This document shows positions 10,701 to 19,885 of a stretch of 64,000 nt of DNA, in pieces. A model generated the notes under the pieces. That model saw only the letters and a program-made list of their open reading frames with translations, was not told the origin of the DNA and did no database searches. Both the position numbers and the translations under genes were made by a program. The stretch is from an uncultured bacterium (GTDB taxonomy: Bacteria > Hydrogenedentota > Hydrogenedentia > Hydrogenedentales > CAILVY01). The stretch spans positions 4,589 to 68,588 of the forward strand of contig CALEDJ010000029.1 of NCBI GenBank assembly GCA_937951485.1. Direction: 5' to 3'. Numbering within the stretch: the first letter of the stretch is position 1; the number at the start of each line of letters is the position of its first letter.

Positions 10701-11403
10701 CGGTGTTGAATATCTGCATCCGCGAAAACTGGTCCACGGTGACCTGCGCGATGACGGGCACGGTGCGCCCCTTTTCGCGCATGGCCGCCTTCCCGCCCAA
10801 AAACGCCGCCTTCAACTCCAGCACATCCTGCTGCGTCTCATAGATCAGCGCGTCCACGCCGCCGTCCAGCAGTCCGCAAACCTGATGGTGGAAATTGTCA
10901 GCGACAGCGTCGAAGGTGGACTCCACCAGATCGGCTTTCGTGTGCGAGAGCACCCGGTTGGACGGCCCAATCGAACCCAACACAAAGAGCGGACGCCCGT
11001 CGTAGTGCGGCGTGGCGCGGTATTCCGCAAGGGCCTCGCGGGCAATCTCCGCGCCGAGACGACTTAAAAAATAGGCGAATTGCTGATAGTCGAGCGTGCG
11101 CGGATCAAGGCCGTAGCGATTGGGCGCAAAGGACCGCAGGTCCAAGCCGGAAAAGTCATATTCCGACAAGCGCATCGGCGACGCCCCGAAGGTGTTCGTC
11201 TCCACCGCGCTCGCACCCGCCTCAAGGAACGCCCGGTGAATGCCTTTCAACGCTTCCGGCTGCGAGAGGCACAGCAGGTCAGACAGCATCCGGTAATCCG
11301 GCCCGCCGAAATACTCGTCGCCCAGTCCGAGGTCCTGAATCATTGTGCCCGTCGCGCCATCTATGACAAGCACGCGATCCCTGGTGATTTCCTGCAAATT
11401 CAT
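7783..11403 (-). CDS. metH: cobalamin-dependent methionine synthase
   Basis: All MetH domains are present over 1206 aa. The Hcy methyltransferase N-terminus is MNLQEITRDRVLVIDGATGTMIQ. Pterin-binding, B12-binding (DVHSIGKDL...GYRVIDLG) and AdoMet activation domains follow. Confidence 0.95.
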   Translation of the reverse strand: MNLQEITRDRVLVIDGATGTMIQDLGLGDEYFGGPDYRMLSDLLCLSQPEALKGIHRAFLEAGASAVETNTFGASPMRLSEYDFSGLDLRSFAPNRYGLDPRTLDYQQFAYFLSRLGAEIAREALAEYRATPHYDGRPLFVLGSIGPSNRVLSHTKADLVESTFDAVADNFHHQVCGLLDGGVDALIYETQQDVLELKAAFLGGKAAMREKGRTVPVIAQVTVDQFSRMQIFNTDIHAALVSIAGMGIDAFGINCSIGPDLMVRSVEKLARFSPLPISVIPNAGLPESENGKTVFKFSPDRFAAFQRQFVEEYGVNIVGGCCGTRPDHIRCVAEAVRNVKPRPRAPQPGLYVSGMEEAVLLDGSKTLIRIGERLNVRGSKKVRDAVENDTGINHDVLEEVAHEQIDDLGCEVIDVCMDSNQLDTVKTLQEVVHIQSAGLAGAMCLDSFQADALAAAVKVYAGRPMINSISMEEAGPGILKIDAVIEATRAFDPVYIALCTGPRGPAATAEEKLDLATQIITRARDMHGVPPGRIFVDVNVFPIGSESGEDTNFALESIEAVALVKDRFPDVRTSLGVGNLTNGLAKKPHMRTVLTSVFLDEARKRGLDAAILNPNHYVFVEDLDPKDYALGKRVILEHDMDAFAELEVIAEARKGGAVQRRVSYDELPLETAICEKIKDGYKDRTPGTLVFRGHEYAYADRIVLEVAQAMEKHEPLDFINDYLMRAMQELGDAFGRGEVSLPHLLKSADVMRQAMGFLEAYMRNASGRAMQDVVEYKGVVVIGTVYQDVHSIGKDLARTLLENYGYRVIDLGAMTPLQRFIDAAREHHAHAIGMSALLVQTSNHMITVSRMMQEQGLDIPVLIGGAPVSPRHAAYVAMAGQDDKSKMRGDVFYCRTAMDGVNIMNMIRSGQDLSRVFAENRQKLLLRLERAEKRAAEEESHLATLPRRVVSFDHYRLPPQPRFQQRRYEYALADFARHIDTKTLFSLNWRFGGVSAWERSGHTREELEALFREWVRKATAQGWLKPQGVMGIYPCQSDSDEIILYDPEDPGRELARIEFTVVIGAAKTDLVSGAQYFPSRDSGIMGAAGLQIACSGPQVDEVIKEFRAAGDSESALFLQGLSDRIAEDMAEYLHREQRHLLGLAPDAGQRWSPGYPGMRNIMMNRVIMECLGAGEAIGVSITEAGEFSPTGATAAVVSYHPDARYT

Positions 11404-11669
11404 CGCGCGAATATCAGTTTCCTCTCATCTGTGCGGCATGCGACCCAGGCAGGCCTGCAATCCGTGCCCTCCGAATCATGGTCGAATGTGGGGCCGCCTC
11501 ACGCGCCGTGCTGGAAGGGGACTATGATAACATCTCCATCGTGGAGAATCATCCGAAACCCGCTGCATAGCCTTGGATGGCGGGATGGCGCGGACCGGTC
11601 CGCTCGGCAGGACCGCACCGCCCCACCCGATTTGACCGAAAAGAATGACAACTAAAAGGAGCGCTGAGA

Positions 11670-12215
11670 ATGACCAGGATTCTCGTGCTGTATGCTACTG
11701 ATTACGGCGCGACGCGCGCCATGGCGGAAGCGGTGCTTGAAGGCGCGGCTTCGGTGGAGGGGGTGGTCGCCTTGCTCCGAAGCGCCGAGGAAGTCACCGC
11801 GGAGGACATGATCTCGAGCGACGGCATTGTCTTCGGGTCCCCCGTGCACATGGGGTCCATGGACTGGCGCGTGAAAAAGGCGATTGACGCCGTGTGCTCC
11901 GGCCTATGGATGCGGGACGCGCTGGTCGGCAAGGTCGGGGCGGTTTTCGTCACAGGCGGCGGATTCGGCGGCGCGGGCGGCGGCGTCGAACTGACCATGC
12001 TCGCCATGCTCGCCAATCTGGCCGAGTTGGGCATGTTGATCGTCACGCTGCCGAAAAACGCTCCCGGATACCAGAACGGAGGACTGCACTGGGGACCCTA
12101 TATGCGCACCGGCGACGAAGCAGGCAATCCCGCGGGCGTGAATCCCGAATCGCTCGAACTGGCCCGTCATCACGGCGCGAACGTGGCCCGCGTCGCCCAG
12201 CGCCACGCCGGATAA
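11670..12215 (+). CDS. flavodoxin-like NAD(P)H:quinone oxidoreductase (WrbA family)
   Basis: The N-terminus MTRILVLYATDYGATRAMAEAV and motif GSPVHMGSM match this family. An RBS AAAAGGAG is present. Confidence 0.7.
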   Translation: MTRILVLYATDYGATRAMAEAVLEGAASVEGVVALLRSAEEVTAEDMISSDGIVFGSPVHMGSMDWRVKKAIDAVCSGLWMRDALVGKVGAVFVTGGGFGGAGGGVELTMLAMLANLAELGMLIVTLPKNAPGYQNGGLHWGPYMRTGDEAGNPAGVNPESLELARHHGANVARVAQRHAG

Positions 12216-13398
12216 ACGGCATCCGCCCGCATGAGCGCGCATGGTCATCGCCCCTCTCCCGCGTCGGGCTGACCCCGTGCTTGCCGAACAGCATACGGTC
12301 TGAAGTCGGACGGTTCCGGCGAAATAGAATGAGAAAAACAACTCCGTACATTCCGTGTAAACCGTCTGTGGTAAAGATTTTATCCGCCCGGGTCGCGGCA
12401 AACGGCTTACGCCTTGAGAAATCAGTGATATAACAGCCCGAAAATTGACGCGGGCTGGAACGTCCTGGCGCAGGACGAATCGCCCGAGGCGCCGAAACCT
12501 GACTTGGCGTCGCGGCACGCGGAAAACGGCCCATGTGTGGATGGGTATGACGCCTCTGGCGGAAATCGGAGGCACAAACCGCACTATGGGGACAACGCGC
12601 CATTTCGCGCAGGACCGGAATTGTTGTGGCCGGTCTCCTGCCGTTCCGCCTTCGCCAAATGCCACGGCGGATGCACAGGGAACCATCTTTAACAGAATAA
12701 TATTACATACATTTAATTTAATGAAAAGCCGTTGCCAATCGAAAACGCGGGGACGGACAATGCAATATCGTGTCAGGTCCAAAGTTGTGAAACAGTTGAC
12801 GTTTCCAAAACATATATTTGGAATATCAATGCCAACTTTGTAGTGCAGAATCATTACTTATGTTTTCATGTTCATAGTTTATAACGTATTTATATATGCC
12901 ATTGTTTAGTAATACCGCATATTTTTTATTGCTTTCTATGATTATTTTATTTATGTATCATAATTTATTTTGTGGCTTATGTTGCAGTAGTATCTATCAA
13001 GACATGTACAAAAGTATTTTTGTGTTTCGCTATTTGTGTCCTTTATATGTTGGTTTTATACATAAGATGAGACATTATTTACGGGAACGATAAACAGCAT
13101 GGTCGCAAACGCAAGCGCCGACGCGCGCAGCAGCAGCATCTCTTCCATCAGGCCGTGAAAAATCAGGACGCGACCCGCACCTGCCTGCTGATGATATCAT
13201 CGGGCGTGCGTTCCCCCGGCCGGCCGATCCGCCAGACGTCCTGCCGGACGAAACGCAAGAATTTTTCCAAGGCTTCTCCTGACCCCTGTATGGTTCTATG
13301 GTACATGTGTATTCCCGGAAGGGCAAACTGGACGCTTGATTAATTGTTTCAGATCATGTTTGTCCAAAAAACAGTCAAAGTCCACTGGATTGTTGCTT

Positions 13399-13609
13399 CT
13401 CCCCCTCACCCTCCCCCTCTCCCAAAGGGAGAGGGAATAGCAGCATTCCTCAGGTTTCGCCACATATTCCCTCTCCAGAGGGAGAAGGAATAGCAGCATT
13501 CCTCAGGTTTCGTCACATATTCCCTCTCCAGAGGGAGAAGGACAAGCAGCATTCCTCAGGTTTCGCCATATATTCCCTCTCCCTCTGGGAGAGGGGCAGG
13601 GTGAGGGGC
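13399..13609. repeat. tandem REP/BIME-like array: 4 hairpins (CCCTCTCC-NNNN-GGAGAGGG) separated by 3 near-identical 32-nt spacers, enclosed by approximately 21-bp outer inverted repeats
   Basis: Read directly. The period is about 53 nt. The spacer is aatagcagcattcctcaggtttcgccacatat in three copies with 1-3 SNPs. Confidence 0.8.
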
Positions 13610-13668
13610 GACAGGCCAATATGGAAATTTATAGCGCCAGGAATAATCTGGCCGGCGTCGAACTCAGA

Positions 13669-14616
13669 TTATTCGACCGCGTCGCGGCGTTGCTTCAGTT
13701 CGCGCCAAGTGGTGAGGATGATACCTTCCTCCTCAATGACTTGCCTGACCTCCGGGGAAATCAGGATGTGATAGTCGCTGAACAGTATCTCCCGGTTCCG
13801 CGACAAGGCTTTCCCTTCTTCGGTCGGCATGGTGGGATGGACATTGAACCATGTAACGCCCGGCCTGAGATTGCGGATGGTGTTGATGAACTGTTCTTTC
13901 CGGGTCGCCACATCTTTCCAGTCATACGAGGAGGTGTCAATCACGTCGAGGACGGGCAAGCCGGCTGCCCAAATCTTCTCAAGATAAGGCAGCAGGAGGC
14001 GATATATTTGCGATTCCTCCGGGTCGGCGCCCGTGCCGGCGGCCCCGATAAGCAGCGGAATCTGCTTTTCTATCGCCACTTTCACATAACGCTCGAAAAA
14101 CGCTGGTTTTGAATAGAGCGTGCCCATGTGTGAATCGAGATGCGTGATATTGATGCCCATCTTCTCCGCCAGGGCGATCTGGGCGCGAATCTCCGCCTCC
14201 ACCTCATCCGGCGTCGCATTTTCCACGACGCCCCGGACATTGGCGTGCATATAGCCCGAATCGTCCACCAGCCCCGGGGTCGCGCCGCGCCCCGCGACCG
14301 GCCCCCAACGGTACGGTCGCCACTCCGACGTCAGGGTCAGGTGAAGGCCGGCATCCACGTTGGGATGCTCGTTGAGATAAGCAACGAACTCCGGCACCCA
14401 CGGGCATGGCATCATGATGCTGGCGGACGTTACCGTCCCCGCTTCCAAGGTGGCAATAATGGCCTGGTTCGACGCGTGCGACATGCCTGCGTCGTCCGCA
14501 TGGATCATGAGCACTCTGGCGCCTTGCGGCCAGCCAAGTTTCTCCGCATAGGTCTGGGCACCCGCGCCCATCTGAACTCCCGCGAGAATCGCCAGGAAAA
14601 ACAGCGTTTTCTTCAT
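13669..14616 (-). CDS. YdjC/ChbG-family carbohydrate deacetylase, secreted
   Basis: A signal peptide MKKTLFFLAILAGVQMGAGA is present. The motif MIHADDAGMSHASNQAI matches this family. Confidence 0.65.
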   Translation of the reverse strand: MKKTLFFLAILAGVQMGAGAQTYAEKLGWPQGARVLMIHADDAGMSHASNQAIIATLEAGTVTSASIMMPCPWVPEFVAYLNEHPNVDAGLHLTLTSEWRPYRWGPVAGRGATPGLVDDSGYMHANVRGVVENATPDEVEAEIRAQIALAEKMGINITHLDSHMGTLYSKPAFFERYVKVAIEKQIPLLIGAAGTGADPEESQIYRLLLPYLEKIWAAGLPVLDVIDTSSYDWKDVATRKEQFINTIRNLRPGVTWFNVHPTMPTEEGKALSRNREILFSDYHILISPEVRQVIEEEGIILTTWRELKQRRDAVE

Positions 14617-14872
14617 GCTCTCACACTCCTCTCAATCTTTGGGAATACGCGATATGGGTTGAGGCATTCGGAATGATAACAGAAGGAATGGAAATTGACA
14701 AACCGGTGTTTTCGTGGTAAAATAACGAATGTCTTGACATGTCCAAGGGGAGGTCTGTCCCTTTGTAAATCGTTAGTTCGGCGTCAAGATTGCGTATCCA
14801 TTATCAATTATTTGTAAATATTGTATTTATAAAGACATATCGGCATCACCCGCTGGTGAACATGATTTCAGG

Positions 14873-16636
14873 ATGGGCACATTGAAGTATTCCCGTGAGA
14901 TTGTCGCGGAAGTGCTGGCCGCCAATGATATTGCCGATGTCGTCGGACAGCGCCTGGACCTCAAACCGGCGGGTCCGGGCCGTCTGAAGGCGCTGTGCCC
15001 TTTTCACACGGAAAAAACCCCTTCGTTCACCGTGAACCGGCACCGGCAGATTTTCCATTGCTTCGGCTGTGGCAGGGGCGGCGATGCCCTTGCGTTTATC
15101 ATGGAACACGACGGGTTGAGTTTCAGCGAGGCGTTGCGCAAACTGGCCGAGCGCGCCAATATTCGCCTGCCGATGCCCACGGAAGAAGACGCGCGCAAAG
15201 ACCTCCTGCGCACACAGGTGCAGGACTTCTGCAAGTACGCCGCCCGCTTTTACCGCGAACTGCTGGCCCATCCCATGCGCGGAAGCCTGGGACGCCAATA
15301 TTTGAAAACACGGGACCTCAAGGATGCCACCATCCAACGCTTCGGGTTGGGCTTCGCATCGGCGACCGGCTCGGACCTGCTGGATGCCGCGCGCGAAAAG
15401 GGCTACAAGGATTACGTGCTGGAGGCGTCGGGGTTGTTCAAGCGCAGCGACGGCGGACGCCTTTTTGACTTTTTCCGGAACCGTCTGATTTTCCCGATCA
15501 AGGATATTCCGGGCAACACGGTGGCCTTCGGCGGGCGTGACCTGGGCGACAGCCCGGCCAAATACATCAACTCGCCGGAGACGTCCGTGTATAAGAAAAG
15601 CCGGATTCTCTACGGGCTGCACGAGGCGCGCGACGCGCTCCGCCGCGAGCCGACCGTCATCCTCGTGGAGGGCTATTTTGACCTGCTGAGATGCTTCGAC
15701 GCGGGCATCGAAAACGTCGTGGCCACCTGCGGCACCGCCCTGACCACGGAGCAGGCCGCCCTGATCCGGCGCTATGTCCCGGAAGTGACCATCGTTTATG
15801 ACGGCGACCCGGCGGGCGTGCGCGCCGCCCTGCGCGGCATCGGCGTGCTGGTGGGCGCGGGGCTGACCGTGCGCGCACTGGCCCTGCCCGACAACCAGGA
15901 CCCGGATGATTTCATCCGGGCGCAGGGCGCGGACGCCTTCCGTGACCTGCTCCGACATGCCGCCGATTTCATCGCGTTTTATGTGCGCATGAGCGCCGAA
16001 AGGACAAAAACCATCGAGGGGCGCACGGAGGTTGCGCAGGAACTTTTTGCCCTCCTGATGGATATCGAAGATCAGATGCGGCGGCCCGAATATGTGAAAC
16101 GGATTGCCCACGAACTAGGTCTGACGGAATGGGCTTGCGAGCGCGCTTTCAACGACTTCAGCCGCAACACGCGGCGGCCGACGCCGGCGCCGACTTCCGG
16201 CGCCGCGGCAGAGGTGAAGCCGGTAAGCCTGGATGACCGGATTTTCATCGCCGCCCTGCTGAACAGCCAGGCCATGCTGGAGCGGGTGCGCGAGGCCCTG
16301 GCCGAGACCACTCTTGCTCCCGGGCCGATGGCGGAACTGGTCGGCGTCCTGCTTCAAAGCGCCGGGCCGGGCATCATCCAGGCGCTGGAGAGCGACGAGG
16401 CGCGGCGCATTTACGCTGCCGCCGCAAGCGACGACGCTCCGCCGGCAGAAACAGCCCAGGAACTCGTGGATCGGCGGGTTGTTGCGCTGAAAAAAGACGC
16501 CATGCGTGCAACATATGCACAAATGCAACGGCAAATCGAGGACCTGCAGCGACGCCGCGAACTTGACAAGGCCAACGCCCTGCTCCTGGACAGTTTTAAG
16601 ATCAAACGGCAAATGGAAACCATGGGCTTGACGTGA
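14873..16636 (+). CDS. dnaG: DNA primase
   Basis: The CHC2 zinc finger CPFHTEKTPSFTVN...FHCFGCG is present. A Toprim region follows. Confidence 0.9.
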   Translation: MGTLKYSREIVAEVLAANDIADVVGQRLDLKPAGPGRLKALCPFHTEKTPSFTVNRHRQIFHCFGCGRGGDALAFIMEHDGLSFSEALRKLAERANIRLPMPTEEDARKDLLRTQVQDFCKYAARFYRELLAHPMRGSLGRQYLKTRDLKDATIQRFGLGFASATGSDLLDAAREKGYKDYVLEASGLFKRSDGGRLFDFFRNRLIFPIKDIPGNTVAFGGRDLGDSPAKYINSPETSVYKKSRILYGLHEARDALRREPTVILVEGYFDLLRCFDAGIENVVATCGTALTTEQAALIRRYVPEVTIVYDGDPAGVRAALRGIGVLVGAGLTVRALALPDNQDPDDFIRAQGADAFRDLLRHAADFIAFYVRMSAERTKTIEGRTEVAQELFALLMDIEDQMRRPEYVKRIAHELGLTEWACERAFNDFSRNTRRPTPAPTSGAAAEVKPVSLDDRIFIAALLNSQAMLERVREALAETTLAPGPMAELVGVLLQSAGPGIIQALESDEARRIYAAAASDDAPPAETAQELVDRRVVALKKDAMRATYAQMQRQIEDLQRRRELDKANALLLDSFKIKRQMETMGLT

Positions 16637-16704
16637 GTCTCCATGCCGGCGTACATACGCATAGTCTTGGGTTGATGGCGGAGTTCAACGAGGTATAACG
16701 GAAA

Positions 16705-18471
16705 ATGGCAGTGGACAACAAAGACAAGAAAACCATCATGATGAATGAACGCACGCGGGAGGCCATCGAAAAGGCCAGCCAGAAGACCAGCCTCACCTAC
16801 GAGGAACTGGACAAATTGCTGCCCCCGGACGCCACTGCGGAAGAAATTGACGAGGTCATGCTGGTCCTGAGCGACACCGATGTGCAGATCGTGGACGAAT
16901 TCAAGATTGACGCGGAGAAATCCGAGAACGAAAAGAAGAATGCCAGCCTCGCCAAGAAGGCCGAACTGCGCAAAGAGGCCGCCCACAGCAAACTCGAGCG
17001 CGCCGATGACCCCGTGCGCATGTACCTGCGCGAAATGGGCCGCGTCCCCCTCCTGACCAAGGACCAGGAAATCGCCATCGCCAAGCGCATCGAAGCGGCA
17101 GAAAAAGAACTTACCGAAGTCCTGCTCGGCACCCCCTATACCATCAAGGAAATCCAGATGATCGCCGCCCGCATTCTCGCGGGGCGCCTCAACTTCGCCC
17201 AAATCTCCGACATCGAAGACCTCCGGCTCCAGCACAAGTTCGTCAAAGAACTGCCCGACATGATGGGTAAACTGGGCCACCTCGACACGCTGATCGAAAA
17301 CCAGGAAAAACGCGCGCGCCGCAGCGGCCTCTCCCGCAAGAGCCGGGAAAACATTCTCAAGCGCATCGCCAACTACCGCGCGCGACAAGTCGAAATCATC
17401 CACCAGTTCGCGCTTAAGTCCAAAGAAATCATGAAAATCGGACGCAAGATCAAAGGACTCAAACGCCGCATCGCCGCCGCCCGCGACGAGATAGACCGCG
17501 TCGAGCGCGAAGTCGGATTCCCCTTCGAGCAAATCCACAAGATGGCCGTCCAAATCCGACGCAACGCCGCCGTCGCCAAACGGCTCGGCGTGGAAAAGGA
17601 AATCATCCTCGACGCCGAACGCCGCCTCACCATGGCCCACCGCAAGATCGCCCAGATCGAAGCCGACGCCAAACTCAACACCGACGAGATCAACGCGCTC
17701 ATTGACGTAATCAAGGCCAAAGAGGAAAAAATTTACGCAGCCAAAATGGAACTCGTAGAGGCCAACCTCCGCCTCGTCGTCAGCATTGGCAAGAAATACA
17801 CCAACCGGGGCATGTCCTTCCTCGACCTCATCCAGGAAGGCAACATCGGGCTCATGAAAGCGGTGGATAAATTCGAATACCAGCGCGGCTACAAATTCAG
17901 CACCTACGCCACATGGTGGATTCGACAGGCCATCACCCGGTCCATCGCCGACCAGGCCCGTACCATCCGCATCCCCGTGCACATGATCGAATCCATCAAC
18001 AAACTCGTGCGCACCAGCCGGCGACTCGTCCAGGAATACGGCCGCGAACCCAATCCCGAAGAAATCGCGGAAGAAATGCAGATGTCTTCCGACAAGGTCC
18101 GGTCCATCCTCAAGATCGCCCAGGAAGCCATCAGCCTCGAAACCCCCGTCGGCGATGAGGGCGACTCCAGTTTCGGCGACTTCATCGAAGACAAGAGCGC
18201 CGAAAGCCCGGCCAACTCCACCGCGTTCAGCGTGTTCCAGGAAAAACTCGACGAAGTGCTCGGCACTCTTACGGAACGCGAAGAAAAGGTGCTTCGCCTC
18301 CGCTTCGGCCTCGGCGACGGCTACCCCCGCACCCTCGAAGAAGTCGGCAGCGTGTTCAACGTCACCCGCGAACGCGTCCGCCAGATCGAAGCCAAGGCCC
18401 TGCGCAAAATGCGCCACCCCACCCGCTCCCGCGAACTCAAATCCTTTGTTGACTGGAGTCTTTCCTCCTAG
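16705..18471 (+). CDS. rpoD: RNA polymerase sigma-70 factor
   Basis: Region 2 motif [28 protein letters not shown] is present. Regions 3 and 4 follow. This is the classic dnaG-rpoD arrangement. Confidence 0.95.
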   Translation: MAVDNKDKKTIMMNERTREAIEKASQKTSLTYEELDKLLPPDATAEEIDEVMLVLSDTDVQIVDEFKIDAEKSENEKKNASLAKKAELRKEAAHSKLERADDPVRMYLREMGRVPLLTKDQEIAIAKRIEAAEKELTEVLLGTPYTIKEIQMIAARILAGRLNFAQISDIEDLRLQHKFVKELPDMMGKLGHLDTLIENQEKRARRSGLSRKSRENILKRIANYRARQVEIIHQFALKSKEIMKIGRKIKGLKRRIAAARDEIDRVEREVGFPFEQIHKMAVQIRRNAAVAKRLGVEKEIILDAERRLTMAHRKIAQIEADAKLNTDEINALIDVIKAKEEKIYAAKMELVEANLRLVVSIGKKYTNRGMSFLDLIQEGNIGLMKAVDKFEYQRGYKFSTYATWWIRQAITRSIADQARTIRIPVHMIESINKLVRTSRRLVQEYGREPNPEEIAEEMQMSSDKVRSILKIAQEAISLETPVGDEGDSSFGDFIEDKSAESPANSTAFSVFQEKLDEVLGTLTEREEKVLRLRFGLGDGYPRTLEEVGSVFNVTRERVRQIEAKALRKMRHPTRSRELKSFVDWSLSS

Positions 18472-18526
18472 GTATCGTTGAATTACGGCGTGCGGGCCTT
18501 CCCGCCCCGATAGACATTGAGAATAC

Positions 18527-18603
18527 GGGCCCTTAGCTCAGCCGGTCAGAGCAGGTGACTCATAATCACTTGGTCGCAGGTTCGAATCCTGCAGGGCCCA
18601 CCA
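18527..18603 (+). tRNA. tRNA with anticodon CAT, ileX-like (probable tRNA-Ile2 lysidine type; elongator tRNA-Met not excluded)
   Basis: A cloverleaf was folded by hand and CCA is encoded. The anticodon loop is cuCAUaa. C4-G69 and C5-G68 are present. The sequence is near-identical to E. coli ileX in the anticodon arm, variable loop and T-arm. The G1-C72 pair excludes an initiator tRNA. Confidence 0.85.
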
Positions 18604-18787
18604 TTCCATAACCCGTTGAATGGCAGTGATTTAGGTTGCACCAATAATACAGTCGCATGTCTATCTTGAGTGCTCCGGTGTGTTGCGCTGATTATGGCGG
18701 CGTTACCGCAAGGCGACAGACACGGAGGTCCCTGCAACCCTGATCGCGCATGAGATTTTCTGGCGCGACTTCGACCATGCTCCTATG

Positions 18788-19885
18788 TCAGCGCAGGATG
18801 CCACCGCGCTTGGAACTCAACCGGATTCCCTGAAGCATCATCTGCAGGTCTTCTGGGTTGTCGGAGACCTCCAATCCGGTTTCCAGGGTGATCAGGCCCG
18901 CCTTGATCAGGTCGTGGAGGCTGTCGTTGAAACTTTGCATGCCCTCCTCGCGGCCCTGCTGGATGGCCGTCTGGAGTTGTGCTATGCGATTTTCTTTGAT
19001 CAGCATGCGCACGGCGGGCGTGTTGAACATAACCTCGCAGGCAGGCACGCGGCCGATTCCGTCGGCGCGCGGCAGGAGGCGCATGGCCATGATCGCCCGA
19101 AGATTGATGGCAAGGGCGGACCGCACCTGGTCGTGCTGGTTGGAGGGGAAGAGGTCTATGATGCGGTCCACAGTCTGCAAGACATTCGTTGTGTGCAGCG
19201 TGCTGAAGACGAGGTGGCCGGTCTCGGCGGCGGCGATGGCGGCCATGAAGGTTTCCAGGTCGCGCATTTCGCCGATGAGGATGACATCCGGGTCCTGCCG
19301 CATCACTGATTTCAGCGCCGACGAGAAGTCTTGCGTATCAATGCTGATCTCACGCTGATTGATAATGGCTTTGCGGTCCGTGTGCACATACTCGATCGGG
19401 TCTTCAATGGTAACCACATGACAGCGGCGATTGTCGTTAATGTAATCAACAATGGAGGCGAGGGTCGTTGATTTTCCACTGCCGGTAGTGCCGGTGATCA
19501 ATATCAGCCCGCGATACATGGTGGCGAAGCGCACGGTCACGGGGGGCAGGTGCAGTTGCTCGAAGTTCAGAATCTTGGTCTTGATGCGGCGCATGACGAT
19601 GGAAATGGTGCCGCGCTGCCGGAACACGTTCACCCGGAAGCGTCCCACACCCTTTTCCGTGTAGGAAAGGTCCACTTCCCCCCGTCTGGCGAAGTATTTC
19701 TTCTGATCCTCCGTAAGGATGATGTCCAGAAACGCGTCAATGGTTTCCTTCGGGAGGGGGTCCAATCCGGTGGGCGTGATTTCCCCGTCAATGCGCAGAT
19801 ATGGCTGGCTCGCGGTCTTCAAGTGAATGTCCGAAGCGTCTTTTTGCACTGCCCGCTGCAGCAACTTGGTCAACTGGTCTCGCAC
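18788..19885 (-). CDS. pilT: type IV pilus retraction ATPase
   Basis: The Walker A GTTGSGKSTTLASIVDYIN, the motif HVVTIEDPIEYVH, and a length of about 365 aa all fit PilT. Confidence 0.9.
   Translation of the reverse strand: MRDQLTKLLQRAVQKDASDIHLKTASQPYLRIDGEITPTGLDPLPKETIDAFLDIILTEDQKKYFARRGEVDLSYTEKGVGRFRVNVFRQRGTISIVMRRIKTKILNFEQLHLPPVTVRFATMYRGLILITGTTGSGKSTTLASIVDYINDNRRCHVVTIEDPIEYVHTDRKAIINQREISIDTQDFSSALKSVMRQDPDVILIGEMRDLETFMAAIAAAETGHLVFSTLHTTNVLQTVDRIIDLFPSNQHDQVRSALAINLRAIMAMRLLPRADGIGRVPACEVMFNTPAVRMLIKENRIAQLQTAIQQGREEGMQSFNDSLHDLIKAGLITLETGLEVSDNPEDLQMMLQGIRLSSKRGGILR

Noticed and set aside
12445-12843. 132-aa Arg-rich ORF in the long intergenic region
   Set aside because: Extreme Arg/Thr bias and no RBS. 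It straddles the GC-rich to AT-rich transition. Likely non-coding.
13399-13609. Possible CRISPR array (and likewise 60321-60532)
   Set aside because: The spacers between the hairpin repeats are near-identical rather than unique. The repeat is a short perfect palindrome. The array sits inside outer inverted repeats. No cas genes are nearby. A REP/BIME-like or MITE-like structure fits better.
16411-18417. 668-aa minus-strand ORF with D/E/F/G/V low-complexity translation
   Set aside because: Exactly antisense to rpoD. The compositional bias mirrors rpoD codon usage.
18527-18603. Initiator tRNA-fMet
   Set aside because: The G1-C72 base pair is present. The anticodon stem lacks the three consecutive G-C pairs. 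The fit is to an elongator or Ile2 type.
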